From an uncultured Gammaproteobacteria bacterium (lineage in GTDB: Bacteria; Patescibacteriota; Microgenomatia; UBA10105; UBA927), in assembly GCA_964573695.1 (NCBI GenBank), contig CAZNKB010000004.1, forward strand, positions 14,214 through 78,213: a stretch of 64,000 nucleotides of DNA, given 5' to 3'. Below the pieces are notes generated by a model, which saw only the letters and a program-made list of their open reading frames with translations, was not told the origin of the DNA and did not search any database. Both the position numbers and the translations under genes were made by a program. Below are positions 49,768-58,924 of this stretch, one piece after another (the first letter of the stretch is position 1; the number at the start of each line of letters is the position of its first letter).

Positions 49768-50534
49768 ACCCAGTCATCAAAGTTTTTACTTTCTTTCTGA
49801 AACGTGACAATACCGAGCGCCGTAATGATACCAATTGCCGCTATATTGCTTATGAGCATGCCGGGTCCTGGCAAGGCCGCTCCGATAAGCGCATGCTGCA
49901 TGAGTTGAACGATTGAAGTAAGCGGGTTAAGGCGCCACAACCAAAGCAGCTCTCTGGGTATTTGCGAGAGTGAGTAGATAATCGGCGTGGCATAAAACCA
50001 CACGATGAGAATTGCCTGCACAAAAAAGTTGACGTCACGGTATCTCACATTGAGGGCGGTTGTAAGCAAACTGATGCCAATGGTAAAACATGCAAGCATG
50101 GTAAATGCCGCCAGGAAGTAGACGGGAGACAGCAAGGTAAACTCGCCAAGAAATGATACCGGGATAAGAAATAGGAGTAGCGCCACAAAATAGTTTATGA
50201 GATTGGATAAAATGATAGAAACCGGAATGACCGCGCGCGGAAACGCGGCTTTTTTGATAAGTGTACGTTCATTGAGTATCGACGGGGTCGTTTTTGTAAA
50301 TGAAAGGGAAAAAAAATTCCATGTGATAAGGCCGGTAAAGAGATGAAAATAATAATTTTCGACCGGATCTTTGATAAATAATGTGAAAATAAATCCGATA
50401 ACGATCATCTGGATCATCGGATTGATGACAAGCCACAAAAAACCAAACACGGTGTTTTTGTACCGGGCGCGCAGTTCTTTTTCGGTCATTCCCCATAACA
50501 GTTCAAAAAAATGACCAGGGGCTCTGTGTTTCAT
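49764..50534 (-). CDS. wzm: Polysaccharide/teichoic acid ABC exporter permease (Wzm/TagG)
   Basis: ELRARYKNTVFGFLWLVINP, LIKKAAFPR, YRDV, FYATPIIY, LNPL. Start ATG 50534 lies 7 nt after TATAAT. Confidence 0.88.
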   Translation of the reverse strand: MKHRAPGHFFELLWGMTEKELRARYKNTVFGFLWLVINPMIQMIVIGFIFTLFIKDPVENYYFHLFTGLITWNFFSLSFTKTTPSILNERTLIKKAAFPRAVIPVSIILSNLINYFVALLLFLIPVSFLGEFTLLSPVYFLAAFTMLACFTIGISLLTTALNVRYRDVNFFVQAILIVWFYATPIIYSLSQIPRELLWLWRLNPLTSIVQLMQHALIGAALPGPGMLISNIAAIGIITALGIVTFQKESKNFDDWV

Positions 50535-50669
50535 GCACCACATTATACGATATACGCTTGTCTGCTTCTATGAGATCGACAAGGGGTATGCTGAGAAGAG
50601 CGAAGACGAAATACTTGTGCGGCGGGACGTTTCTCGCATATTATATCTGGTATCCGCCCGCAACTTGTT

Positions 50670-51263
50670 ATGGGAATTATCTATTTGGTACTCACCGGCT
50701 GTTTGTATATCGTTTCCCTTCCTATCCAGGTTATTATCGCTGTCGCAATTTTTTGTAGTTCCGGTTGGCCGGTATTATTTGTGCAGCAGCGGATAGGCAA
50801 AGGTGGTAAGCGATTTATGATGTATAAGTTCCGGACCATGACCAACGGGGCTCATCTCGAGCAAAAAAAGTACTTGAAGATAAATGAGTCGAAAGGCCCG
50901 GTATTTAAGATCCGCAATGACCCGCGGTTTACCAACATCGGAAGGTTTTTGAGTCATACAGGGCTTGACGAACTGCCGCAGCTTTATAATGTCATTCGGG
51001 GCGATATGGCGTTTATCGGCCCCCGCCCGTTGCCCGTTTCCGAGGTGAAAGCACTGGAGCCTTGGATGCGCGTACGGCATACGATTCTGCCCGGCATAAT
51101 ATCCCCCGCCATTCTCACCGGAAAATATCACAAAAATTTTGACTGGTGGATGAAAAGTGATGTCGAATACGCCCAGCAAAAATCGGTACAAGGTGATATT
51201 CGCCTGGTCTTTCACTTTTTGACGTTTATCCTGAGATTGCTATGGAAAGAGTTGTTCCTGTGA
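50670..51263 (+). CDS. Priming phosphoglycosyl (sugar) transferase, Bac_transf family
   Basis: Q.RIGKGGKRFMMYKFRTM, NDPRFT.IGRFL..TGLDELPQL.NV.RGDM.FIGPRP, PGI. Confidence 0.9.
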   Translation: MGIIYLVLTGCLYIVSLPIQVIIAVAIFCSSGWPVLFVQQRIGKGGKRFMMYKFRTMTNGAHLEQKKYLKINESKGPVFKIRNDPRFTNIGRFLSHTGLDELPQLYNVIRGDMAFIGPRPLPVSEVKALEPWMRVRHTILPGIISPAILTGKYHKNFDWWMKSDVEYAQQKSVQGDIRLVFHFLTFILRLLWKELFL

Positions 51264-51310
51264 GCCTGCCGCTTGACAGAAAGCCGGTGAAACAGCCTAT
51301 ACTATATATA

Positions 51311-51358
51311 ATGTATGAACGTAAGCACATATGCCAATATGCGGACGTAACAGTATAG
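51311..51358 (+). other. Putative small transcript or 15-codon ORF (MYERKHICQYADVTV*)
   Basis: Preceded by TTGACA (51273-51278) and TATACT (51298-51303, 7 nt before the ATG); followed by an intrinsic terminator. Confidence 0.35.
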
Positions 51359-51370
51359 AGATGTTTATCC

Positions 51371-51393
51371 CCCGGTTTACAACCGGGTTTTTT
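51371..51393 (+). terminator. Rho-independent terminator
   Basis: Stem CCCGGTT, loop TAC, stem AACCGGG, then TTTTTT. Confidence 0.8.
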
Positions 51394-51407
51394 ACAGCTA
51401 TTTGGAC

Positions 51408-51437
51408 TTGACAGAGCTGAATAAAGAATGTTACTAT
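51408..51437 (+). promoter_or_regulatory. sigma70 promoter for the 727-aa gene
   Basis: TTGACA (51408-51413), 18 nt, TACTAT (51432-51437), with an extended -10 TG. Confidence 0.65.
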
Positions 51438-51456
51438 AGGTTAGTATTTTTCACCT

Positions 51457-53640
51457 ATGAGTTTTGAAAGTAACAAGGCACGGTTTAATATCAAGAACGC
51501 TGTCAAGCACGGCGTGATTACCGGTCTTATGGGTTGGGCGGCAATCGAAGGGGTACAGGCGTATCAGCCCAACGCACATCAGGTTTTTGCGGAGCGAGGC
51601 GCTCATACCCAGTTTTACTCCGGTGATGTTGGTTTCGGAACGCATACTGACCGCCCGAACACTATTGATGTGACATATCGCGGAAGATCGGTCGCCGCTA
51701 TCCCCTCCAGTTCATTTGGTCAACCCCAACAAAGCGCAGAGCGCGTCGTCAGACGTGGTGACGGGAGGGCGCATAGGACATCCGACACGAGAAGAACTCA
51801 AGAAACAGCTCAAAACAGTGCCCCCTCGTATGTTCGATTAGAATCCATGCCAAGTTTGGCGGAGGACGTAGTAAATCAAACGACATTGAAAGCGACTCCT
51901 GTTCAGGCACAAATTCCGCCCTGGGTTCCCTTGGTGGTCATGGCGCCGGAAATGATCTATGGCGTTGGAACAACGTTAAACAAAACGCTTATTCATAGCA
52001 GCGCATTACAAAGGCGACTCAATGTGTTCGAAATGAGTTCGTTAGAAGCACGGCTGATTGCAGCTTGCGCGGTACCACTAACGACGATTGCCTCCCCCAC
52101 AGAAAGCCCGGCTCCTATAGCCGTAACGGTGGCTCCTGAAGTAACCGGAACACCGCTCGTAAACGAAGTGTTAACAAGTACTCCGGCACCACGAATAGAA
52201 ACCCTTGTGGCGATAGACGGCTCATATCCTACAAAGGTGTCTCTCGTGGAGTCCCCGAAGGTCTATAGTTACGGAGGACCAGAGGGGCGGGAAAATATGG
52301 ACGAGGTTACGCGCGCGATGTTTGACCGCTATATCGCGGAACTCGCCCGCGAAGGCTTGATCCAAGGATCCAATCCTGAAGCATTGTATCTCGACTTTGA
52401 CAAGAAATTTGATTTTAAGATGTACGTAACTGATCAAATGCTGACCCGGATTATCCAGTATAAATCCGGCGGCGCTTTTTTGGTGCCGGATAACATGGTA
52501 GGTCAGGTGTATCGGGAGCTACAACTTTCGTACAACGATCTGTTTCAGGGAGGGGCTCCTATTGACGTAGGTACAGACAACTTCGGCTTTCGGCAGTTTC
52601 AGGCTGACCGAGTTGGCGGTGTTGGCGCATGGCCTGTGCTTGTGAATGTGGACGAGCAAAGCATACCCGTTTCATGGCTCAATATGGATCGTGGAGGCGC
52701 GGTGACGCCCCTAGAAAGTTCGGTAGCTGTCGTGACTCCTGGCGTAACCCAAGTTCCGCAAGGGGTCGAATCACCCCAGCCTGCTGTCACAGAGCCCGGA
52801 GCGACTCGGGTCGTCACGGAAAACGGGCATGACTATGTCTATACCTACACGAAGCTGGGAGAAACCGAGACTGGCGAAGAACTGTGGGGATACGTGCGGG
52901 AGGCCGGCACGATCATATTATTCGACGGGCCTATAAGAAATTATTTACCATTCCAAATTTTGGTTTCCCAAAATGTCCAAAACGAACGAAATTTCGTTTC
53001 TGTTAATTACACAGATCAAACAGATATTAATAGTCCGAACCCTTGGTTAACCCGCACGCTTAGTCCAGAACTACAAAAGAGGTACTTTGCGGAAGACCCA
53101 AGGAAAGGCACGATGACAGACATGGAAGGATCAAGAGTATTACAAATGGAAATGCTTGGATTAGGAGAAGGTGACCATAAACAAGCTTATTTGGATATCA
53201 TTGTCGCAAACGGTACGCCGGAAGGCGAAGTGAAACGGGTAAAACTGAGCGAAACCACAGGGATTATTCTGACAATCATGACGCCTGAAGATATCGCCAA
53301 GCTCGGAGGTGAGAATGTTATTGAGTTACATGCGCAGGACGGAGACCGTAATTACACGTATTATGTACAGGTATATGACGTGGATGAAAAAGGCAACGAA
53401 CTAGCTAGAGTAGCCTTTAAAGATCCGCTGAACGAAATTCCGGAAGCAGTGTTGCGGAAGGTATTGTTTTCCATACCCGGGAATATGATAGATCACAAAG
53501 ATCAGCGTGAGCAAGGGTTCACCAACGTAGCTCAGATATTTGCGCAATACTCCGCAAAAACAAACGAAACAACGGGTAAGCCGGAAGTTGAGATAGAACT
53601 TTTACCAGATATACCCGTACTTACCACCCCAACTCCGTAG
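51457..53640 (+). CDS. Large acidic, Pro/Thr-linker-containing hypothetical protein, probably surface-exposed
   Basis: Uninterrupted 727-aa ORF; hydrophobic N-terminal stretch; several PT/VT-rich linkers; no family recognised. Confidence 0.7.
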   Translation: MSFESNKARFNIKNAVKHGVITGLMGWAAIEGVQAYQPNAHQVFAERGAHTQFYSGDVGFGTHTDRPNTIDVTYRGRSVAAIPSSSFGQPQQSAERVVRRGDGRAHRTSDTRRTQETAQNSAPSYVRLESMPSLAEDVVNQTTLKATPVQAQIPPWVPLVVMAPEMIYGVGTTLNKTLIHSSALQRRLNVFEMSSLEARLIAACAVPLTTIASPTESPAPIAVTVAPEVTGTPLVNEVLTSTPAPRIETLVAIDGSYPTKVSLVESPKVYSYGGPEGRENMDEVTRAMFDRYIAELAREGLIQGSNPEALYLDFDKKFDFKMYVTDQMLTRIIQYKSGGAFLVPDNMVGQVYRELQLSYNDLFQGGAPIDVGTDNFGFRQFQADRVGGVGAWPVLVNVDEQSIPVSWLNMDRGGAVTPLESSVAVVTPGVTQVPQGVESPQPAVTEPGATRVVTENGHDYVYTYTKLGETETGEELWGYVREAGTIILFDGPIRNYLPFQILVSQNVQNERNFVSVNYTDQTDINSPNPWLTRTLSPELQKRYFAEDPRKGTMTDMEGSRVLQMEMLGLGEGDHKQAYLDIIVANGTPEGEVKRVKLSETTGIILTIMTPEDIAKLGGENVIELHAQDGDRNYTYYVQVYDVDEKGNELARVAFKDPLNEIPEAVLRKVLFSIPGNMIDHKDQREQGFTNVAQIFAQYSAKTNETTGKPEVEIELLPDIPVLTTPTP

Positions 53641-53694
53641 GTGCTTGTAATTTCCCTTTCACTCCCCTATCCTAACATTAGGGCTATTTATTCT

Positions 53695-54339
53695 ATGAGG
53701 CGCGTGATTATTGTTGTCATCGTTATCATTGTGGTGATCCCTCTTGTGTTTGTTGCCTATAGAAATTGGGATGCTTTACAGGAGGCCGCTTTTAAAGCGA
53801 AATTTCTAACGCGACGAGCTTCCGTACCTAGTCAGAAATATTCTGCCTCAACCAAAACTCCGGAGGCAAGTATCGCGCTCGTCGACACGGCGTTTTTGGA
53901 CTACATTACAGAAACACTGCACGTATATGACGTCGACGCCATTGCCGACCCTGAGCGATATATGGATAAGAAGACAAGCGTTGTTCGTCACACCGTTTCA
54001 CGGCTTACGTTTGAGCTCGTTCCTACGCTTGATCGATATATCGTAGCTCTTGGCGGAAGTGCTGATTTTGCCGGACGCGGCATGTACGCAGTCGAGGGTG
54101 ACACACTTGTAGTCCGGGTATCGCTTAATGAGGCAGAGCTTATAAAAAGCAATGGTCCGGTAAAATTTAATATGGAGGATATGTATCTCGATACTGCACT
54201 TCAAACGCTTCTTTATGCGACTGTTAAACCCGGAGCATCCATACGTCCTGACGAGCTTGCCAAAGTACAAAAAGCAATAAAAGACAATATTACTAGCGGG
54301 ATATTTGTTCGTCCGGTGAAGATAGAAACACAAAAATAA
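53695..54339 (+). CDS. Hypothetical membrane-anchored protein
   Basis: MRRVIIVVIVIIVVIPLVFVAY signal anchor; stop 2 nt before the next ATG. Confidence 0.7.
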   Translation: MRRVIIVVIVIIVVIPLVFVAYRNWDALQEAAFKAKFLTRRASVPSQKYSASTKTPEASIALVDTAFLDYITETLHVYDVDAIADPERYMDKKTSVVRHTVSRLTFELVPTLDRYIVALGGSADFAGRGMYAVEGDTLVVRVSLNEAELIKSNGPVKFNMEDMYLDTALQTLLYATVKPGASIRPDELAKVQKAIKDNITSGIFVRPVKIETQK

Positions 54340-54341
54340 CT

Positions 54342-55859
54342 ATGCCACGATTTACCCTTAGGCTTGCTCTCTGTGTCTTCGCGGTGCTGCTTGGAGTTAT
54401 CCTCACCAGGCCGCAGCCGGTGTATGCCAATAGTGTGTGTACGGATAATCCCGTTGCATGCGTCATGATGTGGATTCCCTGGACGCACACGATCGAGTCT
54501 ACGCAGGGTTGCACTACTGATGCGTATGGCATTAGAACATGTCCTACCATACAGGTAACAGACATGGTCGAACGGTGTACTATTCCACAAGCCGGCGGCG
54601 GATCATGCCAGTGTTGTTATGAGACCGGGTGTTATCTGGATTGCGGTAATATTCCTGGTACCGGTGGCGGTGGCGGTGGTAACACAGATCCTCCGCCTGA
54701 TCCTGGCGTGACCCTGACCCCAACTCCCACTCCTGCTCCAGGAACGATCAATATCGTCGCACGTGAGGTGACTAACGACACAACCTGTACTGCTATATCC
54801 AATTCTATAGACCCCGTGGTAGGGACGATATTTGGCTTTACTCCGTCGTCGGCTTCCAGCCCAAGTCCACAGACGCAATTGGACAATACTCCTGTTTCTT
54901 TTACGAATCTACCTATCGGATCATATACGATTACCTATACTCCGCCTGCACCAGAATGGATACTGGCTAACGCGTGTATATATAGAAATGGCGTACTTAC
55001 AGCATACGGACAAAACGCAGACCTTTTTAGCGGAAACACGTTGGAGTGGAGAATAGGGTTTACGAGAGGATCTGCCTGGGTGCAGACTTCGGGAGGAGAC
55101 GTGTATGCAGCGTCCAGCGTCCGCTCGTATATCCCCAATGTCAGCCCGCGAGTATTTAACGCCAATGGTTCAAATGGGTATCCGGGAGTCGTGACGTATG
55201 GCACAAGTTATGATTTTGATCCAGACTGGACACTGACGGGTAGTACATACGTGTCATCGAGTAATTGGATAGTACAGGAAACACAAGCGCCTGTTGATTA
55301 TTATGACTTTTTTTATCGCCGATACGGATCCCCCACTATTCCGACGACAAATTCGGCTTTTGGAAACCTCCTTGCGGTCACGAAGCCTGCAACTAGCGTG
55401 ACGCCCTACTACGTGCTCGGGGATATGACGACAAGCGGAAACTGGATCGTGGGAAGTAATGAATCTATCGTTATTCTTGTGGACGGAAATCTGACCATTG
55501 GTGGAAATATCAATATTACCGGAAACGGGTTCATCGCGTTTATCGTCAATGGGGATATCACCATTTCGGATGCCATAGGGACGACCGTTTCGTCCGTGGC
55601 GCCGGTTGTTGAGGGTGTATACATCACCAACACTACAGGAACATTTGCGACCGGCGCGTCCTTAGCGGCAAGCACCGCAAAATTTGTGGGCAACGGTATG
55701 TTTGTGGCGGGCAACTTTCTGCTCGAGCGCGACCTTGAGATTTCGGGGGGCAACACAACGTATCCTGCAGCGCTTTTTACTTTTGATCCACAACTACTCC
55801 TCACGATGCCCGACTCAATGAAAGACTTGCCAGTCACATGGCAGGAAGTCGCACCGTGA
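54342..55859 (+). CDS. Secreted protein with Cys-rich N-terminus, G/PT linker, Ig-like domain and C-terminal GxLTI beta-helix-like region
   Basis: Signal peptide ending VYA; about 10 Cys in the first 105 aa; GGGGGG, PTPTP; repeated 'VDGNLTI..NI', 'VNGDITI', 'VEGVYI'; C-terminal W.EVAP. Confidence 0.7.
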   Translation: MPRFTLRLALCVFAVLLGVILTRPQPVYANSVCTDNPVACVMMWIPWTHTIESTQGCTTDAYGIRTCPTIQVTDMVERCTIPQAGGGSCQCCYETGCYLDCGNIPGTGGGGGGNTDPPPDPGVTLTPTPTPAPGTINIVAREVTNDTTCTAISNSIDPVVGTIFGFTPSSASSPSPQTQLDNTPVSFTNLPIGSYTITYTPPAPEWILANACIYRNGVLTAYGQNADLFSGNTLEWRIGFTRGSAWVQTSGGDVYAASSVRSYIPNVSPRVFNANGSNGYPGVVTYGTSYDFDPDWTLTGSTYVSSSNWIVQETQAPVDYYDFFYRRYGSPTIPTTNSAFGNLLAVTKPATSVTPYYVLGDMTTSGNWIVGSNESIVILVDGNLTIGGNINITGNGFIAFIVNGDITISDAIGTTVSSVAPVVEGVYITNTTGTFATGASLAASTAKFVGNGMFVAGNFLLERDLEISGGNTTYPAALFTFDPQLLLTMPDSMKDLPVTWQEVAP

Positions 55860-55903
55860 TCCTTTATACGAGTTAAATCCCTAATTTTGGTACAATAAGG
55901 GTC

Positions 55904-57313
55904 ATGACGTTTGAACAACTCCGGCTGAAACATCCCAGGCTTACGTATACCAGATACCGCGTCACCAGAGGAGATTCTTCGCTTGTTATTTCGTACGAAT
56001 TTTTGCTTGAGCCCGATATCAGTCTGCAGTCAGTGGTCACCGTTCCCTTTTCCGGGGTTGTGACGGATACAATATTGGAACCGTTCGTTTTCAATCTCGG
56101 GCTTATCGAAGCGATAAGTTACTGGAAGCTCGCGTGTCCCAGGGAATTTGTGGTCGAAGCCGGTCATCTGACCTCGGAACAAGTCAGGTTCTGGTACGAC
56201 CTATTTATTCACGGACTTGGTGAGTTTTATTATCAAAATCAGATAGATTTCACGATGCCTGATTTTTTGCATATCCGATCATCTGATGCGATTGGGCAGC
56301 ATAACGTATGGGATCAGTCGTTGGGCCAACGGGCGGTGAATAACTCGTCTTTCCCTACGACTCATCAAGCGGCTGATTTGGTTTTGGTAGGTGGCGGCAA
56401 GGATTCAGCTGTAACGTTAGGAATGATGAAACAGGGCGATAGAACGCTCCAAACTATTGTTTTGAATCCCACCAAAGCGGCCAGTGATGTCATAAGGAGT
56501 TCTGGTTTCCCCGCCCCCCTGATAGTGAAGCGTACGTTGGATCCAAAGCTTCTTGACTTAAATGGTGCGGGATATCTTAACGGGCATACTCCTTTTTCTG
56601 CCTACATAGCTTTTTTGGGTGTGTTGGTGTCGTCACTCACGGGTAGTGAAAACGTCATCGTCTCAAACGAAAGAAGCGCCAATGAGGGGAACGTGTCCTA
56701 CCGTGGCATGGAGGTAAATCACCAGTATTCCAAAAGTTTCCGGTTTGAAACAATGTTTCGACAGTATTGTATAGACACATTTGAACAGTGCGGTTCATAT
56801 TTCAGTCTGCTCCGTCCTCTCAATGATATGCAGATAGCGGCAATCTTTGCGACGTATCCTCAGTTTTTTACCACATTTAGGAGCTGTAATAAGGGAGCGA
56901 AGACCGGTGTTTGGTGCGGGGCCTGCGCAAAATGTGCGTTTACGTATCTTACCCTGTCCCCCTATATGTCCCACGAACAGATGCGAATTAGTTTTGGAGC
57001 GGATTTATTTGCCAGTACTGCAATTATCGAACATATCCGAGCGCTGGTCGGGCTCGTTCCGGTAAAGCCGTTTGAATGCGTCGGCACCCGCGATGAGGCA
57101 AAGCTCGCTGTTATATTGGTAGTGGAAAAATATCTCGAAGAACATAGGGAGGTCCCTGAAGGGTTACTCAAGATAAAAAGCGATTTGTTTCTGAGTCGCC
57201 AGGATATTGTGGAATTACGGCGCCTCGTGCTGGACACTTGGGGTGACACATATAATTTACCGCCGGAGTACGTGTCGCTTCTTCGTGCAGTCTGGCAGAC
57301 TATCAGTAGATAG
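55904..57313 (+). CDS. murL: UDP-MurNAc-L-Ala-L-Glu epimerase MurL
   Basis: SYWK...P, GLGEFYY.N, GGGKDS (PP-loop), NGHTPFSA, SNERSANEGN, NHQYSKS, SCN, WCGACAKC, KPFECVG; immediately upstream of a MurD-like gene. Confidence 0.82.
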   Translation: MTFEQLRLKHPRLTYTRYRVTRGDSSLVISYEFLLEPDISLQSVVTVPFSGVVTDTILEPFVFNLGLIEAISYWKLACPREFVVEAGHLTSEQVRFWYDLFIHGLGEFYYQNQIDFTMPDFLHIRSSDAIGQHNVWDQSLGQRAVNNSSFPTTHQAADLVLVGGGKDSAVTLGMMKQGDRTLQTIVLNPTKAASDVIRSSGFPAPLIVKRTLDPKLLDLNGAGYLNGHTPFSAYIAFLGVLVSSLTGSENVIVSNERSANEGNVSYRGMEVNHQYSKSFRFETMFRQYCIDTFEQCGSYFSLLRPLNDMQIAAIFATYPQFFTTFRSCNKGAKTGVWCGACAKCAFTYLTLSPYMSHEQMRISFGADLFASTAIIEHIRALVGLVPVKPFECVGTRDEAKLAVILVVEKYLEEHREVPEGLLKIKSDLFLSRQDIVELRRLVLDTWGDTYNLPPEYVSLLRAVWQTISR

Positions 57314-57321
57314 ATAAACAT

Positions 57322-58710
57322 ATGCAAAGCAATGAAATTCACGGAAATTCCGTGTTGATTTTGGGATATGGCCGGGAGGGAAAAAGCATCCATGCCTGGC
57401 TACAAAAGTATCATCCGTCTCTTCGAGTGGGTATTGCTGATAAACACGCAAAGACGGAGCTTATGTCGGGGGAAACATACAAAGGAGCTACCGTCTATAA
57501 CGGTGAAGGATATCTTTTTCATTTGTCTGAGTACGATACGATTATCAGAAGCCCCGGTATTTCTCCGTATACATCTGAAATTTCAGATTTTTTGAAAAAA
57601 GGCGGAGTCATGACGTCAGCGACCAACATATTCTTCTCTCTCGTTCCTGGTATCACAGTCGGAGTGACCGGAACGAAAGGAAAAAGTACGACGTCGAGTT
57701 TGATAGCGCATATTCTTTCGTCTCATTTTGATGATGTGCGTCTGGCTGGCAATATTGGTGTTCCCATGCTTGATAGTTTGGCGGCTGCTACGGAGCGAAC
57801 GATTTTTGTGTTGGAGTTGTCTAGTCACCAGTTATATGACTGTCGATATAGTCCGCATATTGGGGTTGTGCTGGGAATCGTATCTGAGCATTTGGATTAT
57901 TATCCTGACTTGATGAGTTACGCCAAGGCAAAATCGAATATCGCCAACAGACAAACCGTCAAAGATTTTCTGATTTATAACCCGATGCATACCGTGGTGC
58001 GTGAGTTGGTGCGATTGAGCCCGGCTACACACGTACTTTATCAGGCGCAAGAGGAAGAAAAAATTCATACATTTCTTCGAAATGGTGAGATCATGGTGAA
58101 GGACAATGGCGAAGCGATACCTGTTATCAAAATGGCAGACGTGCCACTACTGGGGAACGAGGAGAATACTTTGGCGGCAGTAACCGTTGCTCATCTTATG
58201 CGTGTTCCCGTAAAGACTATAGCATCGGCGATTGCTCCGTTTAAGTCTCTCCCTCACCGGTTGGAATTTGTCGGGGAGTACAGAAAAATCCGATTTTATA
58301 ATGACTCGTTAGCCACTATTCCTCAGGCAACAATCCATGCATTAGAGGCATTAGGATCGGATGTGACAACACTTATTGTCGGAGGATATGACCGCGGGAT
58401 CGATTATAGAGAGCTAGGTACATATTTGCGCGGTCACCCAGTGCAAACACTTATCTTATTGCCTGATACCGGCGAGAAAATTTGGGAAGCAATTGGCATG
58501 CCTATTACGGAGACAAAGGCGTCCTCTATTATGAAACCATATCGGGTGGATTCTATGGAAGAAGCGTTGAAGGTAAGCTTTGCGCGTACGCAACAAGGGA
58601 AAATATGCCTTCTCTCCCCTGGGAGCGCGAGTTATAATATGTTCCGTGATTATGCTGATCGGGGTGAGCAGTTCGCTGCATGGGTGAGAAAGATTGGGTC
58701 AGGCGTATAA
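57322..58710 (+). CDS. murD: MurD-family ligase, probably the L-Glu-adding MurD2
   Basis: ILGYGREGKS, RSPGI, GVTGTKGKSTT, GNIG, LELSSHQL, EHLDYY, LPHRLE, NDSLAT.P.AT, GGYDRG, LLSPGSASYNMF..Y..RG. Confidence 0.88.
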   Translation: MQSNEIHGNSVLILGYGREGKSIHAWLQKYHPSLRVGIADKHAKTELMSGETYKGATVYNGEGYLFHLSEYDTIIRSPGISPYTSEISDFLKKGGVMTSATNIFFSLVPGITVGVTGTKGKSTTSSLIAHILSSHFDDVRLAGNIGVPMLDSLAAATERTIFVLELSSHQLYDCRYSPHIGVVLGIVSEHLDYYPDLMSYAKAKSNIANRQTVKDFLIYNPMHTVVRELVRLSPATHVLYQAQEEEKIHTFLRNGEIMVKDNGEAIPVIKMADVPLLGNEENTLAAVTVAHLMRVPVKTIASAIAPFKSLPHRLEFVGEYRKIRFYNDSLATIPQATIHALEALGSDVTTLIVGGYDRGIDYRELGTYLRGHPVQTLILLPDTGEKIWEAIGMPITETKASSIMKPYRVDSMEEALKVSFARTQQGKICLLSPGSASYNMFRDYADRGEQFAAWVRKIGSGV

Positions 58711-58779
58711 ATACGGCATAACACGGGAATTTCTCCTGCCTCCCTTGCGCGAAAAATTGGAATTGAGTATACTTAGGGC

Positions 58780-58917
58780 ATGCCGAAACGAACATATCAA
58801 CCGAAAAAACTGAAAAGAAAACGTGTCCACGGATTCCGAGAGCGCATGAAAAGCGTCAAGGGGCGTTTGGTACTCAAGCGCCGTAGGGCAACAGGACGGA
58901 AAAAATTAACCGTCTAA
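58780..58917 (+). CDS. rpmH: 50S ribosomal protein L34
   Basis: Translated by hand: [45 protein letters not shown]. Below the ORF-track cutoff. Promoter TTGCGC, 17 nt, TATACT, 6 nt before the ATG. Confidence 0.96.
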   Translation: MPKRTYQPKKLKRKRVHGFRERMKSVKGRLVLKRRRATGRKKLTV

Positions 58918-58924
58918 ACAGCGC

